A DNA stretch of 64,000 nt from an uncultured Lachnospiraceae bacterium (GTDB lineage Bacteria; Bacillota; Clostridia; Lachnospirales; Lachnospiraceae), in NCBI GenBank assembly GCA_934394565.1, contig CAKRQV010000002.1:16792-80791 (forward strand), in the 5' to 3' direction. This document shows, piece by piece, positions 1-8,067 of this stretch. The first letter of the stretch is position 1. Every line of letters begins with the position of its first letter. A model generated the notes under the pieces. It was not told the DNA's origin. It saw only the letters and a list, made by a program, of their open reading frames with translations, and searched no databases. A program made the translations under genes and the position numbers.

Positions 1-46
1 CCTCTCTGTGCTTTTTCTTACAGCAACAGCATTTTTCTTCATCCAT
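1..46 (-). CDS. Partial 5' end of a CsoR/RcnR-family metal-sensing repressor; the gene continues off the left edge of the window.
   Basis: The minus strand reads GGAGGAG-7nt-ATG GAT GAA GAA AAA TGC TGT TGC TGT AAG AAA AAG..., giving MDEEKCCCCKKKHRE. A Cys-rich, Lys-rich N-terminus is typical of clostridial CsoR-like repressors. Two operator-like palindromes lie just upstream. Confidence 0.4.
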   Translation of the reverse strand, partial: MDEEKCCCCKKKHRE

Positions 47-70
47 AGTATGTCTCCTCCGCATAGTATT

Positions 71-87
71 ATACCCTGTAGGGGTAT
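71..87. promoter_or_regulatory. CsoR-type operator-like pseudo-palindrome ATACCCTGTAGGGGTAT
   Basis: The half-sites ATACCC/GGGTAT flank a G/C tract. Its reverse complement differs by one base from the second copy at 107-123. Confidence 0.45.
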
Positions 88-106
88 TCCTTACATCTGC
101 AAGAAT

Positions 107-123
107 ATACCCCCACAGGGTAT
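107..123. promoter_or_regulatory. Second CsoR-type operator-like pseudo-palindrome ATACCCCCACAGGGTAT
   Basis: This is an inverted copy of the 71-87 site, separated from it by 19 nt. It lies upstream of the partial minus-strand repressor gene. Confidence 0.45.
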
Positions 124-126
124 TTG

Positions 127-1116
127 TCAATCCTTTTTTCCGATTTTTTTCTTTCTTTTTTTCAGAACTGCACTGCAGACAATGCAAACCACTGTTAAAA
201 CGGCCAGCGTCAGATTTATCTGTAAAAGACGTTGTCGTGTTTGCAGGCTTTTTACCGCCTGCGCATTGCTGTGCGCCGCAAATGCTTCTGTAAGCGCAGC
301 TTTGCAGACAGCACAAAAATCATGTTCCCTGCCAAGGTACTGCATCTTACAGTCCTGCGAAGGTCTGTACCAGCTGTTATTACTTTCCGGGAAAGGATAC
401 ACACCGACACCGTCCGTTCCTACAAGCTTTGCCCAGGGTACCAGCGCCGGCTTTGACTGTCTTGTCGTATTTGGCGTCTCCGTAATCTGATCAGCCCCCG
501 GCCAGTATTCATCTCCCAGCCCGGCAATCGTATGTCCCAGCTCATGCAGCACGATCTCCAGAGACTCCTCATGCAGGGACGCCACACATACCTCACCGCC
601 ACTGCCGCCATAAGCCGTGGCATTTACCAGCAATATACTGTAATCCACGTCCGGCACGAACTGCCTGGAAAGCAGTTTTGCCTTCTTTTCGTCCTCCTCC
701 GGCATGGCCAGAAGCCGCTGTACGCCGTCCGTCCAGTAACTGCTGTGATAAAAGGTATCCCGCCGGTCAGCCAGCGCTTCCTGTAAAGAAGACGCCTGTT
801 CTCCTCTGGCTCCCGATTCCGCAGAAGGTTCAAAAACACCATAGAATTTAAACAGCTCCTTTTGTTCCCTGTAAGGGGAAGTGCCGAGTATATACTCCGC
901 TGTTTGCTTCGCCTGCGAAAAGAATGCCGTCTGTTCGCTTTCTGTAAATCCATCACCCAGGATCACAAAGACAAAGGCATCGGTATCCCGCAGGGCTTTG
1001 TTCCCTGCCAGAAATTCCATTTTCTGCGTATCCTCGGCCGCGGCACAGGGCACAGTCTTTAACAGCAGTATGACCAGAAGCAGCAGAAAAAATCTCCTCT
1101 TTCTTCTATTTTTCAC
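127..1116 (-). CDS. M64-family (IgA-peptidase-like) zinc metallopeptidase with an N-terminal signal peptide and a C-terminal TM anchor
   Basis: It has HELGHTIAGLGDEYW (HExxH...DEY), a hydrophobic N-terminal signal, and a C-terminal hydrophobic stretch followed by KKRKKK. The start is GTG and overlaps the larC stop codon (GTGA). Confidence 0.75.
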   Translation of the reverse strand: MKNRRKRRFFLLLLVILLLKTVPCAAAEDTQKMEFLAGNKALRDTDAFVFVILGDGFTESEQTAFFSQAKQTAEYILGTSPYREQKELFKFYGVFEPSAESGARGEQASSLQEALADRRDTFYHSSYWTDGVQRLLAMPEEDEKKAKLLSRQFVPDVDYSILLVNATAYGGSGGEVCVASLHEESLEIVLHELGHTIAGLGDEYWPGADQITETPNTTRQSKPALVPWAKLVGTDGVGVYPFPESNNSWYRPSQDCKMQYLGREHDFCAVCKAALTEAFAAHSNAQAVKSLQTRQRLLQINLTLAVLTVVCIVCSAVLKKRKKKIGKKD

Positions 1117-2378
1117 GCTTTTTCATCCTCACTGGCTGCAGCCAGTGCCTGTATCCGGGCAAATACCTCAGGAAAAGCTTCGCCTGTTTTTTTACAGACT
1201 GCAGCCACATCATCATATTCCGGGAAACATCTCACCTGACTGCCAAAGTGGCATTCCTTAATGTGTACTAACCCCCAGGGGGTATCTATCTGCCGTATTT
1301 TCCGCGTCTGCACTGTGCGTTCCATACGGCACCGCCGAATACCGATCGTCGTTGTTTCGCGGAAAATGACAGCTTCCAGCGTTTCTCTCAGATCGTCCGT
1401 ACAGATAACCTGCAGCTGATAGGCCGGACGGTTTTTCTTCGTAAAGACCGGCAGATAATGCGCTTCCCTTGCCCCTGCTTTAAACAGACAATCCAGACAG
1501 TACGCCAGTGCTTCGCCGCTGCAGTCGTCAATATCCGATTCCAGCTTCCAGACGGTATCCTTTGTATCCTCTGCGGTCTCAATCTCCATGATCCGCAAGA
1601 TACCCGGAAGTTCGTATTCCCGCTTGCCTGCGCCGATACCACAGCGCACGATCCGATACGAATCCGGCAGCTTTTCTTCTGTCCGAAAGCATGCCGCAAT
1701 GGCCGCTCCCGTCGGTGTCACCAGCTCCCCCTGCACACCGGTATAGCGAAGCGGCAATCCATACGTCTGCGCCACCGCAGCCACCGCCGGTACAGGTATC
1801 GGCATCAGGCCATGCTGACAGCGGATCATGCCCTGACCTTCGCTCAAAGTTGGAAGGATCACGTTTTCGATGCCCAGGCTGTCCGCGCAGACAGCGACCG
1901 ACAGGATATCCACGATAGAATCGATCGCTCCCACCTCATGAAAATGGACGTGGGCAAGATCTGTGCCGTGGGCCTTTGCCTCTGCTTCACCAAGGATTGT
2001 AAAAAGCCGTACCGCCAGCACCCGGGCATGAGCCGTCATATCTGCCTTTTCGATGATCGCCAGCACATCCTGATAGCCTCTGTGGGTGTGGGCATGTCCG
2101 GCATGGGCAGAATGCTCATGCGAATGTGTATGCTCTCCATACAGCCACTGCATATCATGATCGTGGTTTTCATGCGCTGCATCCAGGATCACATCGAAAT
2201 CACATGCATCCAGCCCCGACTTTAACACTCTTTTGATCTCCACCCGGAAATTCTGCTCCGGCAGACTTTTTAACATGCGTTCCAGCGCCGCGCGGTCCGC
2301 ACCGAGATCCAGAAGGGCTGCCACCGTCATATCGCCGCTGATACCGCTTAAACATTCAAAATAAAACATTCTACTCAT
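1113..2378 (-). CDS. larC: Nickel-pincer cofactor biosynthesis protein LarC (nickel insertion, DUF111)
   Basis: The N-terminus is FYFECLSGISGDMTVAALLDLGAD. A His-rich stretch (HENHDHD...HTHSHEHSAHAGHAHTH) is present, and the length of 421 aa fits a full-length LarC. Confidence 0.85.
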   Translation of the reverse strand: MSRMFYFECLSGISGDMTVAALLDLGADRAALERMLKSLPEQNFRVEIKRVLKSGLDACDFDVILDAAHENHDHDMQWLYGEHTHSHEHSAHAGHAHTHRGYQDVLAIIEKADMTAHARVLAVRLFTILGEAEAKAHGTDLAHVHFHEVGAIDSIVDILSVAVCADSLGIENVILPTLSEGQGMIRCQHGLMPIPVPAVAAVAQTYGLPLRYTGVQGELVTPTGAAIAACFRTEEKLPDSYRIVRCGIGAGKREYELPGILRIMEIETAEDTKDTVWKLESDIDDCSGEALAYCLDCLFKAGAREAHYLPVFTKKNRPAYQLQVICTDDLRETLEAVIFRETTTIGIRRCRMERTVQTRKIRQIDTPWGLVHIKECHFGSQVRCFPEYDDVAAVCKKTGEAFPEVFARIQALAAASEDEKA

Positions 2379-3126
2379 AATGGTTCACCGCCAGTCTGTT
2401 GATCTGTGTTGCAATATACCCTGCACCGTAACCATTGTCGATATTGACCACAGAAATCCCGTTTGCACAGGAATTGATCATCGTCAGAAGTGCCGAAAGG
2501 CCATGGAAGCTCGCACCATACCCGACCGACGTCGGCACAGCGATCACCGGCTTATCCACCAGACCGCCCAGCACACTGGCCAGTGCGCCCTCCATACCAG
2601 CCACAGCAACTACACAGTTGGCGCTCTGAATCACATCAAGCTTTGACAATACCCGGTGGATGCCACTCACCCCTACATCGTATACACGCTCCACCTTACT
2701 GCCAAAGTACTCTGCCGTCTGTGCTGCCTCCTCGGCCACCGCAATATCCGCTGTTCCCGCCGTACATACCACAATCCGGCCGATCAGCTCCTCTTTTCGC
2801 TCCGGCAGGATCTTTAAAATACGGGAAAGCGGATCATACTGAATCTCCGGGATCTCCTTTCTGACCAGCTCGTACTGGTGCTCACTGGCTCTCGTACCAA
2901 AGACACAGCCATCTGCCTCATACAAACGTTTTACAATGTGCACCAAAGGATCATCCGCCTTATTGCTGCAGTAGATCACCTCAGGAAAACCGGAGCGCAC
3001 CTTTCTGTGCATATCCAGCTTGGCATATTCCATATCCTCAAATGGCTCCTGCCGGAAAAACTTTTCGGCTTCGTCCAACGAGATTTTTCCTTCTTTAAAC
3101 CGTTCCAATACTGCTCTTGTGTCCAT
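2371..3126 (-). CDS. larB: Nickel-pincer cofactor biosynthesis protein LarB (PurE-like NaAD carboxylase/hydrolase)
   Basis: It carries RSGFPEVIYCSNK and a PurE-like C-terminal half (VVCTAGTADIAVAEEA...VAVAGMEGALASVLGG). The ATG at 3126 follows a GGAAAGGA ribosome binding site. The gene overlaps the larC start. Confidence 0.8.
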   Translation of the reverse strand: MDTRAVLERFKEGKISLDEAEKFFRQEPFEDMEYAKLDMHRKVRSGFPEVIYCSNKADDPLVHIVKRLYEADGCVFGTRASEHQYELVRKEIPEIQYDPLSRILKILPERKEELIGRIVVCTAGTADIAVAEEAAQTAEYFGSKVERVYDVGVSGIHRVLSKLDVIQSANCVVAVAGMEGALASVLGGLVDKPVIAVPTSVGYGASFHGLSALLTMINSCANGISVVNIDNGYGAGYIATQINRLAVNHYE

Positions 3127-3373
3127 AGGTTTTCCTTTCCCGGAACCGTTACACATGTTCCGCACATATATAGTATCCGGTTGCATACCAGATGCGATAT
3201 ACCAACCGGTTTATTTCTGTCTTATCATACAAAATTTCCGTTCTTCTGTAAACCTCCCACCTGTGTACCTTTTCTTCCTGCCAAAAATCTCTTCTGGAAC
3301 TATGCCCCAAAATACAGTATAATAGGTACATCTGCCCATCCGGGCTTACTAAATATACAGAAAGAGTGATATT

Positions 3374-4513
3374 ATGAATAAAAAAGAAATCGCGGAGATC
3401 CGCCGCCATTTTACCCTGAATAACTGTACAGCCACAAAGATCTGGGGCTGCTACGTTGATCATGAAAAAAACAAGAAATTCGAAACCAAGGAAGCCTTTC
3501 TCTCCCTGCCGGAGGAAGAAGAATTCAAATACTTTGATATTTTCAAACGTACTCTGGGCGGTACACTGGGCAAGAATCTCTTAAATCTGGAATTCCCCCT
3601 TGCTCAGGAAATGGAAGGCGGCACACAGGAATTTCTCTACCGCCTGCGCAATACCGGTCTGGACAATGAAGATCTCGTCCACGAGTTTTTTGACAAGATT
3701 ATCGAAAACTTTGACTACGCAGAAAATTACTACATAACCCTGACCCACTCCGTCTACGACGTTCCCGGCAAGACTTCAGACAGTCTCGATCTCGACGACG
3801 CTTCCGAAGAAGTCTACACTTATCTCCTGTGCAGCATCTGTCCGGTCAAAATGTCCAAGGCCTGTCTCTCCTATAATGCCGAGACAAACTGCATGGAAGA
3901 CCATATCCGTGACTGGCTCGTGGAAATGCCGATCACCGGTTTCCTCTTCCCGGCCTTTAACGACCGCAGCACCGATCTGCATGCCATGCTGTATTTCAAA
4001 AAGAAGCCGGAAGATATCCAGGATGCACTGGTGGAAAATGTTTTTGGCGCAACTGAGCCCATGACCCCGAAAACACAGCAGGAAACCTTTATGGCCGTGC
4101 TCGAAACCTCCCTCGGCGAAGAAGCCGATTACGAGACAGTCAAATCGGTCTATGAAAATATTTCCCTGCTGGTGGCCGATACCAAGGAATCCCCGGATCC
4201 CCTGACCTTCACAAAACCGGAGGTACAGCGTATCCTGGAGGACAGTGGTATGACAGATGATCAGCTGACTACCTTCAGTGCCTGTTATGACGAAGCCATC
4301 GGTGAACAGACCTCCCTGCAGGCAGCCAACCTGACCAACACGAAAAAATTTGAAATCAAAACGCCGCACATCCGCATTCAGATCGATCCCGAATGTACCG
4401 GCCAGATCGAGACAAAGATGGTTGATGGCCGTCAGTGCCTTGTGATCGCCGTTGACGACCACGTGGAAGTGAATGGTATGGAAGTGAAAACGCTGGTCAA
4501 GACAACCGAATAA
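3374..4513 (+). CDS. Conserved hypothetical protein, DUF4317-like
   Basis: The N-terminus MNKKEIAEIRRHFTLNNCT resembles clostridial DUF4317 proteins as I recall them. I saw no catalytic motif. Confidence 0.45.
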   Translation: MNKKEIAEIRRHFTLNNCTATKIWGCYVDHEKNKKFETKEAFLSLPEEEEFKYFDIFKRTLGGTLGKNLLNLEFPLAQEMEGGTQEFLYRLRNTGLDNEDLVHEFFDKIIENFDYAENYYITLTHSVYDVPGKTSDSLDLDDASEEVYTYLLCSICPVKMSKACLSYNAETNCMEDHIRDWLVEMPITGFLFPAFNDRSTDLHAMLYFKKKPEDIQDALVENVFGATEPMTPKTQQETFMAVLETSLGEEADYETVKSVYENISLLVADTKESPDPLTFTKPEVQRILEDSGMTDDQLTTFSACYDEAIGEQTSLQAANLTNTKKFEIKTPHIRIQIDPECTGQIETKMVDGRQCLVIAVDDHVEVNGMEVKTLVKTTE

Positions 4514-4552
4514 ATCTACATAATAAAAGAGAGACCACCCAGAGGTATCATC

Positions 4553-4642
4553 GGGAGTATCCCAAAGTTTGTGTAAACCTCCAAACTGATGTAAGATAAA
4601 ATTACTCAGTTTGGAGGTTTACACAAACTTTAGGATACTCCC
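4553..4642. repeat. Long intergenic hairpin with a 37-bp stem (1 mismatch) and a 16-nt loop
   Basis: GGGAGTATCCCAAAGTTTGTGTAAACCTCCAAACTGA ... TCAGTTTGGAGGTTTACACAAACTTTAGGATACTCCC. There is no adjacent T-run. Confidence 0.9.
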
Positions 4643-4654
4643 TTATCTGTGATA

Positions 4655-4712
4655 TTAAAAAGAACTGTTGCCACTGCTCTATTTCAACACATACTGTGGT
4701 ACAACAGTTCTT
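4655..4712 (-). terminator. Rho-independent terminator of the 4723-5649 gene
   Basis: The stem AAGAACTGTTG(TA)CCAC / GTGGCAACAGTTCTT is followed by TTTTT on the minus strand. Confidence 0.6.
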
Positions 4713-4722
4713 AATATGCTCT

Positions 4723-5649
4723 TTATAAACGTAATGCCGCCATAGCTACATCCAACGTCTCTGTATCACCACCGGACTTTCTTATATCCTCTGCCTTTTC
4801 TCCATTTCGTAATCGCTGCATCATTTGTAACAGCCCTTGCCTTCCTTCACGTTCTCCTGTTACCCGCGCTTTCTGTAATTCTTCTTCGATTTCATCTGCC
4901 ATAAGTTCCCTTAACGCCTGACACATAAATTGTTCTCCTTTCAACTTTTCAAAAATTTCTTTGTTATTTGCCATTGCCAGCTGCAACACAGAGTCTGCCC
5001 ATTCTCTTTCATCTGGATATTCCAATTCTTGCATTTCCAGAACCAGTACTTTTGCATGCTCCAGCGAAATTTTTCGCTGTAATGCAGTTACCCAGATATG
5101 CTGTCTCCATTCCATCTCCCGCAATACCAGAATCTGCACAGGGAACAGTAGTTTGTCTGTTCCAATCTGATAAATTCCCGACGCACATTCTGCTATATCA
5201 TACATCGTTTCTAACTCTTTCAATAACTTTTCTGGCTTTCGCTCACGTATCATTGTAATAGAAATCTCCGTCCGTGGAATTTCACCTGTCCGACTTTCTT
5301 GTGCTTTATACAAGCATCCGTATGCCAGCGTTTTATAAAACACATCTAAATTCAGTTCATCGTCCGGTGATTTAAATTCAATAATATTATGCTTACGGAA
5401 TCCCATTGTGATCTCGTCCAGTGCCCAGGCTACTTCCCCTTCTGCTCTGGCCAGCATATCAATCTGCAATGGTTTCGTATTTAATATATACTCCCCATCA
5501 TACCGATATCCCTGTCGGTTCTGCATAAGTTCCAGTCGCATCGAGCCAAAATATGGTCCATGCCACTGCTTTCTTTCCAGCTCCGTTGTTCCAGATACTA
5601 CAGAAACTGGATTGCCTGTATTATCCTCCGTGTTCCTTGCTTTCTTCAT
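4723..5649 (-). CDS. Rpn/YhgA-like PD-(D/E)XK nuclease (putative transposase-like protein)
   Basis: The core ...IDMLAR...NIIEFKSPDDE... resembles the D...E-x-K / IEHQS core of Rpn-family proteins. The C-terminal half is helical and E/K-rich. The gene is visibly more AT-rich than its neighbours. Confidence 0.45.
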   Translation of the reverse strand: MKKARNTEDNTGNPVSVVSGTTELERKQWHGPYFGSMRLELMQNRQGYRYDGEYILNTKPLQIDMLARAEGEVAWALDEITMGFRKHNIIEFKSPDDELNLDVFYKTLAYGCLYKAQESRTGEIPRTEISITMIRERKPEKLLKELETMYDIAECASGIYQIGTDKLLFPVQILVLREMEWRQHIWVTALQRKISLEHAKVLVLEMQELEYPDEREWADSVLQLAMANNKEIFEKLKGEQFMCQALRELMADEIEEELQKARVTGEREGRQGLLQMMQRLRNGEKAEDIRKSGGDTETLDVAMAALRL

Positions 5650-5804
5650 AGAGATGTCCCTTCCGTAAAGTCAGTACGCCCTGAACATTCCTAAAACACG
5701 CTTAATATTTCAATGATAAAAATATGTCCTAACTCTACTTTCTTATTTTCATATGGGGATCGGTGACCGACTGGTCTTATGAACTTTCCCAGATATGTAT
5801 CTTT

Positions 5805-5833
5805 ACTATACCAAATAGCATTCGTACTGTCAA
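5805..5833 (-). promoter_or_regulatory. Consensus sigma-A type promoter (TTGACA-17-TATAGT) for the Rpn-like gene
   Basis: The minus strand reads TTGACAgtacgaatgctatttggTATAGT. This implies a 5' leader of about 150 nt. Confidence 0.55.
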
Positions 5834-5864
5834 TAGATAGTCTATAATTTTAATCTTATTTTCT

Positions 5865-5900
5865 CAAAAAAAACAGCAGACAACCGTCTGCCATTTTTTT
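5865..5900 (-). terminator. Rho-independent terminator downstream of rpmF
   Basis: The stem GCAGAC-GGTT-GTCTGC is followed by a T-run on the minus strand. Confidence 0.6.
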
Positions 5901-5910
5901 GTATCGCCAA

Positions 5911-6090
5911 TTAGTCCTGAGCGATGATTTCTTTTTTGTTGTAGGATCCACAAGCTTTGCAAACTCTGTGCGGCATCATCAGGGCGCCACATTTGCTGCA
6001 CTTAACAAGATTCGGAGCGCTCATTTTCCAGTTTGCTCTTCTCTTATCTCTTCTACCTTTGGATGATTTATTCTTTGGACAGATGGACAT
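5911..6090 (-). CDS. rpmF: 50S ribosomal protein L32
   Basis: This gene is not in the ORF track because it is only 59 aa. Manual translation gives MSICPKNKSSKGRRDKRRANWKMSAPNLVKCSKCGALMMPHRVCKACGSYNKKEIIAQD, with the CxxC...CxxC zinc ribbon. It lies immediately downstream of yceD. Confidence 0.9.
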   Translation of the reverse strand: MSICPKNKSSKGRRDKRRANWKMSAPNLVKCSKCGALMMPHRVCKACGSYNKKEIIAQD

Positions 6091-6092
6091 TA

Positions 6093-6623
6093 CTACACCT
6101 CCTTAAAATTACTGAATATTTCTCTGAATGCTGCCATGCGCGGATCAAGACTCTCCTGATCGCAGGAGCACTGCCCCTTGTTCAGATCCTGCCCGCATAC
6201 TGTGCAGATCCCCTTACAGTCCTCCTTGCAGAGCACTCTAAGCGGCCAATGGATAAGAATCTCATTATGCACCAGTCGGTCGACATCCAGACATTTTTCT
6301 TCCGTGATACAGTTTATCATCTCCGACTCATCTTCGTCTTCGTCGAGATGCATCACATCCACACGATGCTCAAAGTCCAGATCGATAGCCACTCTGACAG
6401 GTGTCAGGCAACGGGCACAGGCCGCTGTTGCTGTCACCGAACACTGTCCGGTGATATGAAGCACCTGATCTTTCTCATGCTCAATCGTGAGCCACACAGG
6501 TGATTTCTCGATGAGTTTATACTGCTCACCCTTTGCACGTTTGAAATGCGTCAGTTCCAACGGAACTTCCATCTCCTGTGTTATGTTTTCCTGAGATAAA
6601 ATCTTTGTCAGATCAATAAGCAT
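6093..6623 (-). CDS. yceD: YceD-family (DUF177) protein
   Basis: It has the conserved yceD-rpmF synteny and the C-terminal Cys cluster CKEDCKGICTVCGQDLNKGQCSC. Confidence 0.8.
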   Translation of the reverse strand: MLIDLTKILSQENITQEMEVPLELTHFKRAKGEQYKLIEKSPVWLTIEHEKDQVLHITGQCSVTATAACARCLTPVRVAIDLDFEHRVDVMHLDEDEDESEMINCITEEKCLDVDRLVHNEILIHWPLRVLCKEDCKGICTVCGQDLNKGQCSCDQESLDPRMAAFREIFSNFKEV

Positions 6624-6707
6624 AATCGTCTCCTAATCACACTTTGATTAGTATAGCGTCAGTTTTTCGCTTTGTCAAGTAATTTTTCTTGATACTTTGA
6701 AAGAATA

Positions 6708-6741
6708 ATTGAAAACTCCGTACGGCCTGCACCGTACGGAG
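6708..6741 (-). terminator. Rho-independent terminator downstream of ackA
   Basis: The stem CTCCGTACGG / CCGTACGGAG is followed by TTTTC on the minus strand. Confidence 0.6.
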
Positions 6742-6775
6742 CAAATATTACCTTATCTTTCCGAAGGAACAGCGA

Positions 6776-7966
6776 TTATTTTACCAGTGCCACAGTATCA
6801 CGGCAGATAGCCAGCTCTTCGTTGGTCGGGATAACGGCAACTTTAATCTTGGAAGCGGCTGTAGAGATCAGGTTGTTTTCGCCACGTTTCTGGTTAGCTT
6901 CTTTGTCAAGCTCTGCACCCAGATAGCCCAGACGATCCAGAACCCACTCACGTACCAGCGGAGCGTTCTCACCGATACCTGCGGTGAAAGCGATTGCGTC
7001 TACACCGTTCATGGCTGCTGCGTATGCACCGATGTATTTTGCTACGTTGTAGCAGAATACCTGCAGTGCATCTTTACATCTCTCGTTACCCTCTTCCATA
7101 CCCTGCTCCAGGTCACGGAAGTCGCTGGATACACCGGAAATACCCTGTACACCGGATTTCTTGTTCAGAACGTTCATAACACCTGTGATATCCAGATCTT
7201 CTTTCTTAGCGATGTACTCCATGATAGCCGGATCGATATCACCGCAGCGTGTACCCATAACCAGACCGGCCAGAGGTGTCAGGCCCATGGATGTATCGAT
7301 ACATTTGCCGTTCTTTACAGCGGAGATGGATGCACCGTTACCAAGGTGGGCAACGATGATCTTGGAATTGTTGATATCCAGTCCCAGGAATTTGGCAGCC
7401 TCTTTGGATACGAAGCTGTGGCTGGTTCCGTGGAAACCATAACGGCGAACGCCGTATTTCTCATAATATTCATACGGAAGACCATACAGGTAAGCTTCCT
7501 TTGGCATGGTCTGATGGAAAGCTGTATCAAATACACCTACCATCGGTACATTCGGCATCAGCTCTTTACAAGCATTTACACCGATCAGGTTGGCCGGGTT
7601 ATGCAGCGGAGCCAGATCGTTGCAGGACTCTACAGCTTTGATCATCTCATCATCGATCACTGCGGAGCTTGTGAATTTCTCACCGCCGTGTACCATACGG
7701 TGACCTACAGCACCAACCTCAGCCAGGCTCTTGATCGCACCTGTCTTGTCATTTGTCAGGGCATCCAGTACCATCTTGATGGCTTCTTTATGTGTCGGCA
7801 TCGGAGCTTCTGTGATTTCTTTGTCAAGACCGGCTTTCTGGTATGTCAGACGTCCATCGATACCGATTCTCTCGCAGAGACCCTTTGCCAGTACTTTCTC
7901 GCTCTCGGAGTCGATCAGCTGATATTTCAGAGAAGAACTACCGCAGTTGATAACTAATACGTTCAT
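6776..7966 (-). CDS. ackA: Acetate kinase
   Basis: The protein begins MNVLVINCGSSSLKYQL and continues with homology along its full length (GHRMVHGG, FDTAFHQTMP, GFHGTSH). I place the start at 7966, behind an AGGAGGA ribosome binding site. The longer ORF reaching 8008 was rejected. Confidence 0.95.
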   Translation of the reverse strand: MNVLVINCGSSSLKYQLIDSESEKVLAKGLCERIGIDGRLTYQKAGLDKEITEAPMPTHKEAIKMVLDALTNDKTGAIKSLAEVGAVGHRMVHGGEKFTSSAVIDDEMIKAVESCNDLAPLHNPANLIGVNACKELMPNVPMVGVFDTAFHQTMPKEAYLYGLPYEYYEKYGVRRYGFHGTSHSFVSKEAAKFLGLDINNSKIIVAHLGNGASISAVKNGKCIDTSMGLTPLAGLVMGTRCGDIDPAIMEYIAKKEDLDITGVMNVLNKKSGVQGISGVSSDFRDLEQGMEEGNERCKDALQVFCYNVAKYIGAYAAAMNGVDAIAFTAGIGENAPLVREWVLDRLGYLGAELDKEANQKRGENNLISTAASKIKVAVIPTNEELAICRDTVALVK

Positions 7967-8008
7967 TGTAAAAATCCTCCTGATTTTTATATCATTTTTA
8001 TATAACAT

Positions 8009-8039
8009 CCTGCAGGATCTGTTGATACGATCCTGCAGG
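8009..8039 (-). other. Intercistronic hairpin between pta and ackA
   Basis: It has an 11-bp perfect stem, CCTGCAGGATC ... GATCCTGCAGG. Confidence 0.5.
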
Positions 8040-8067
8040 ATATAGGAATCTTATCTATGTAGCTGAA

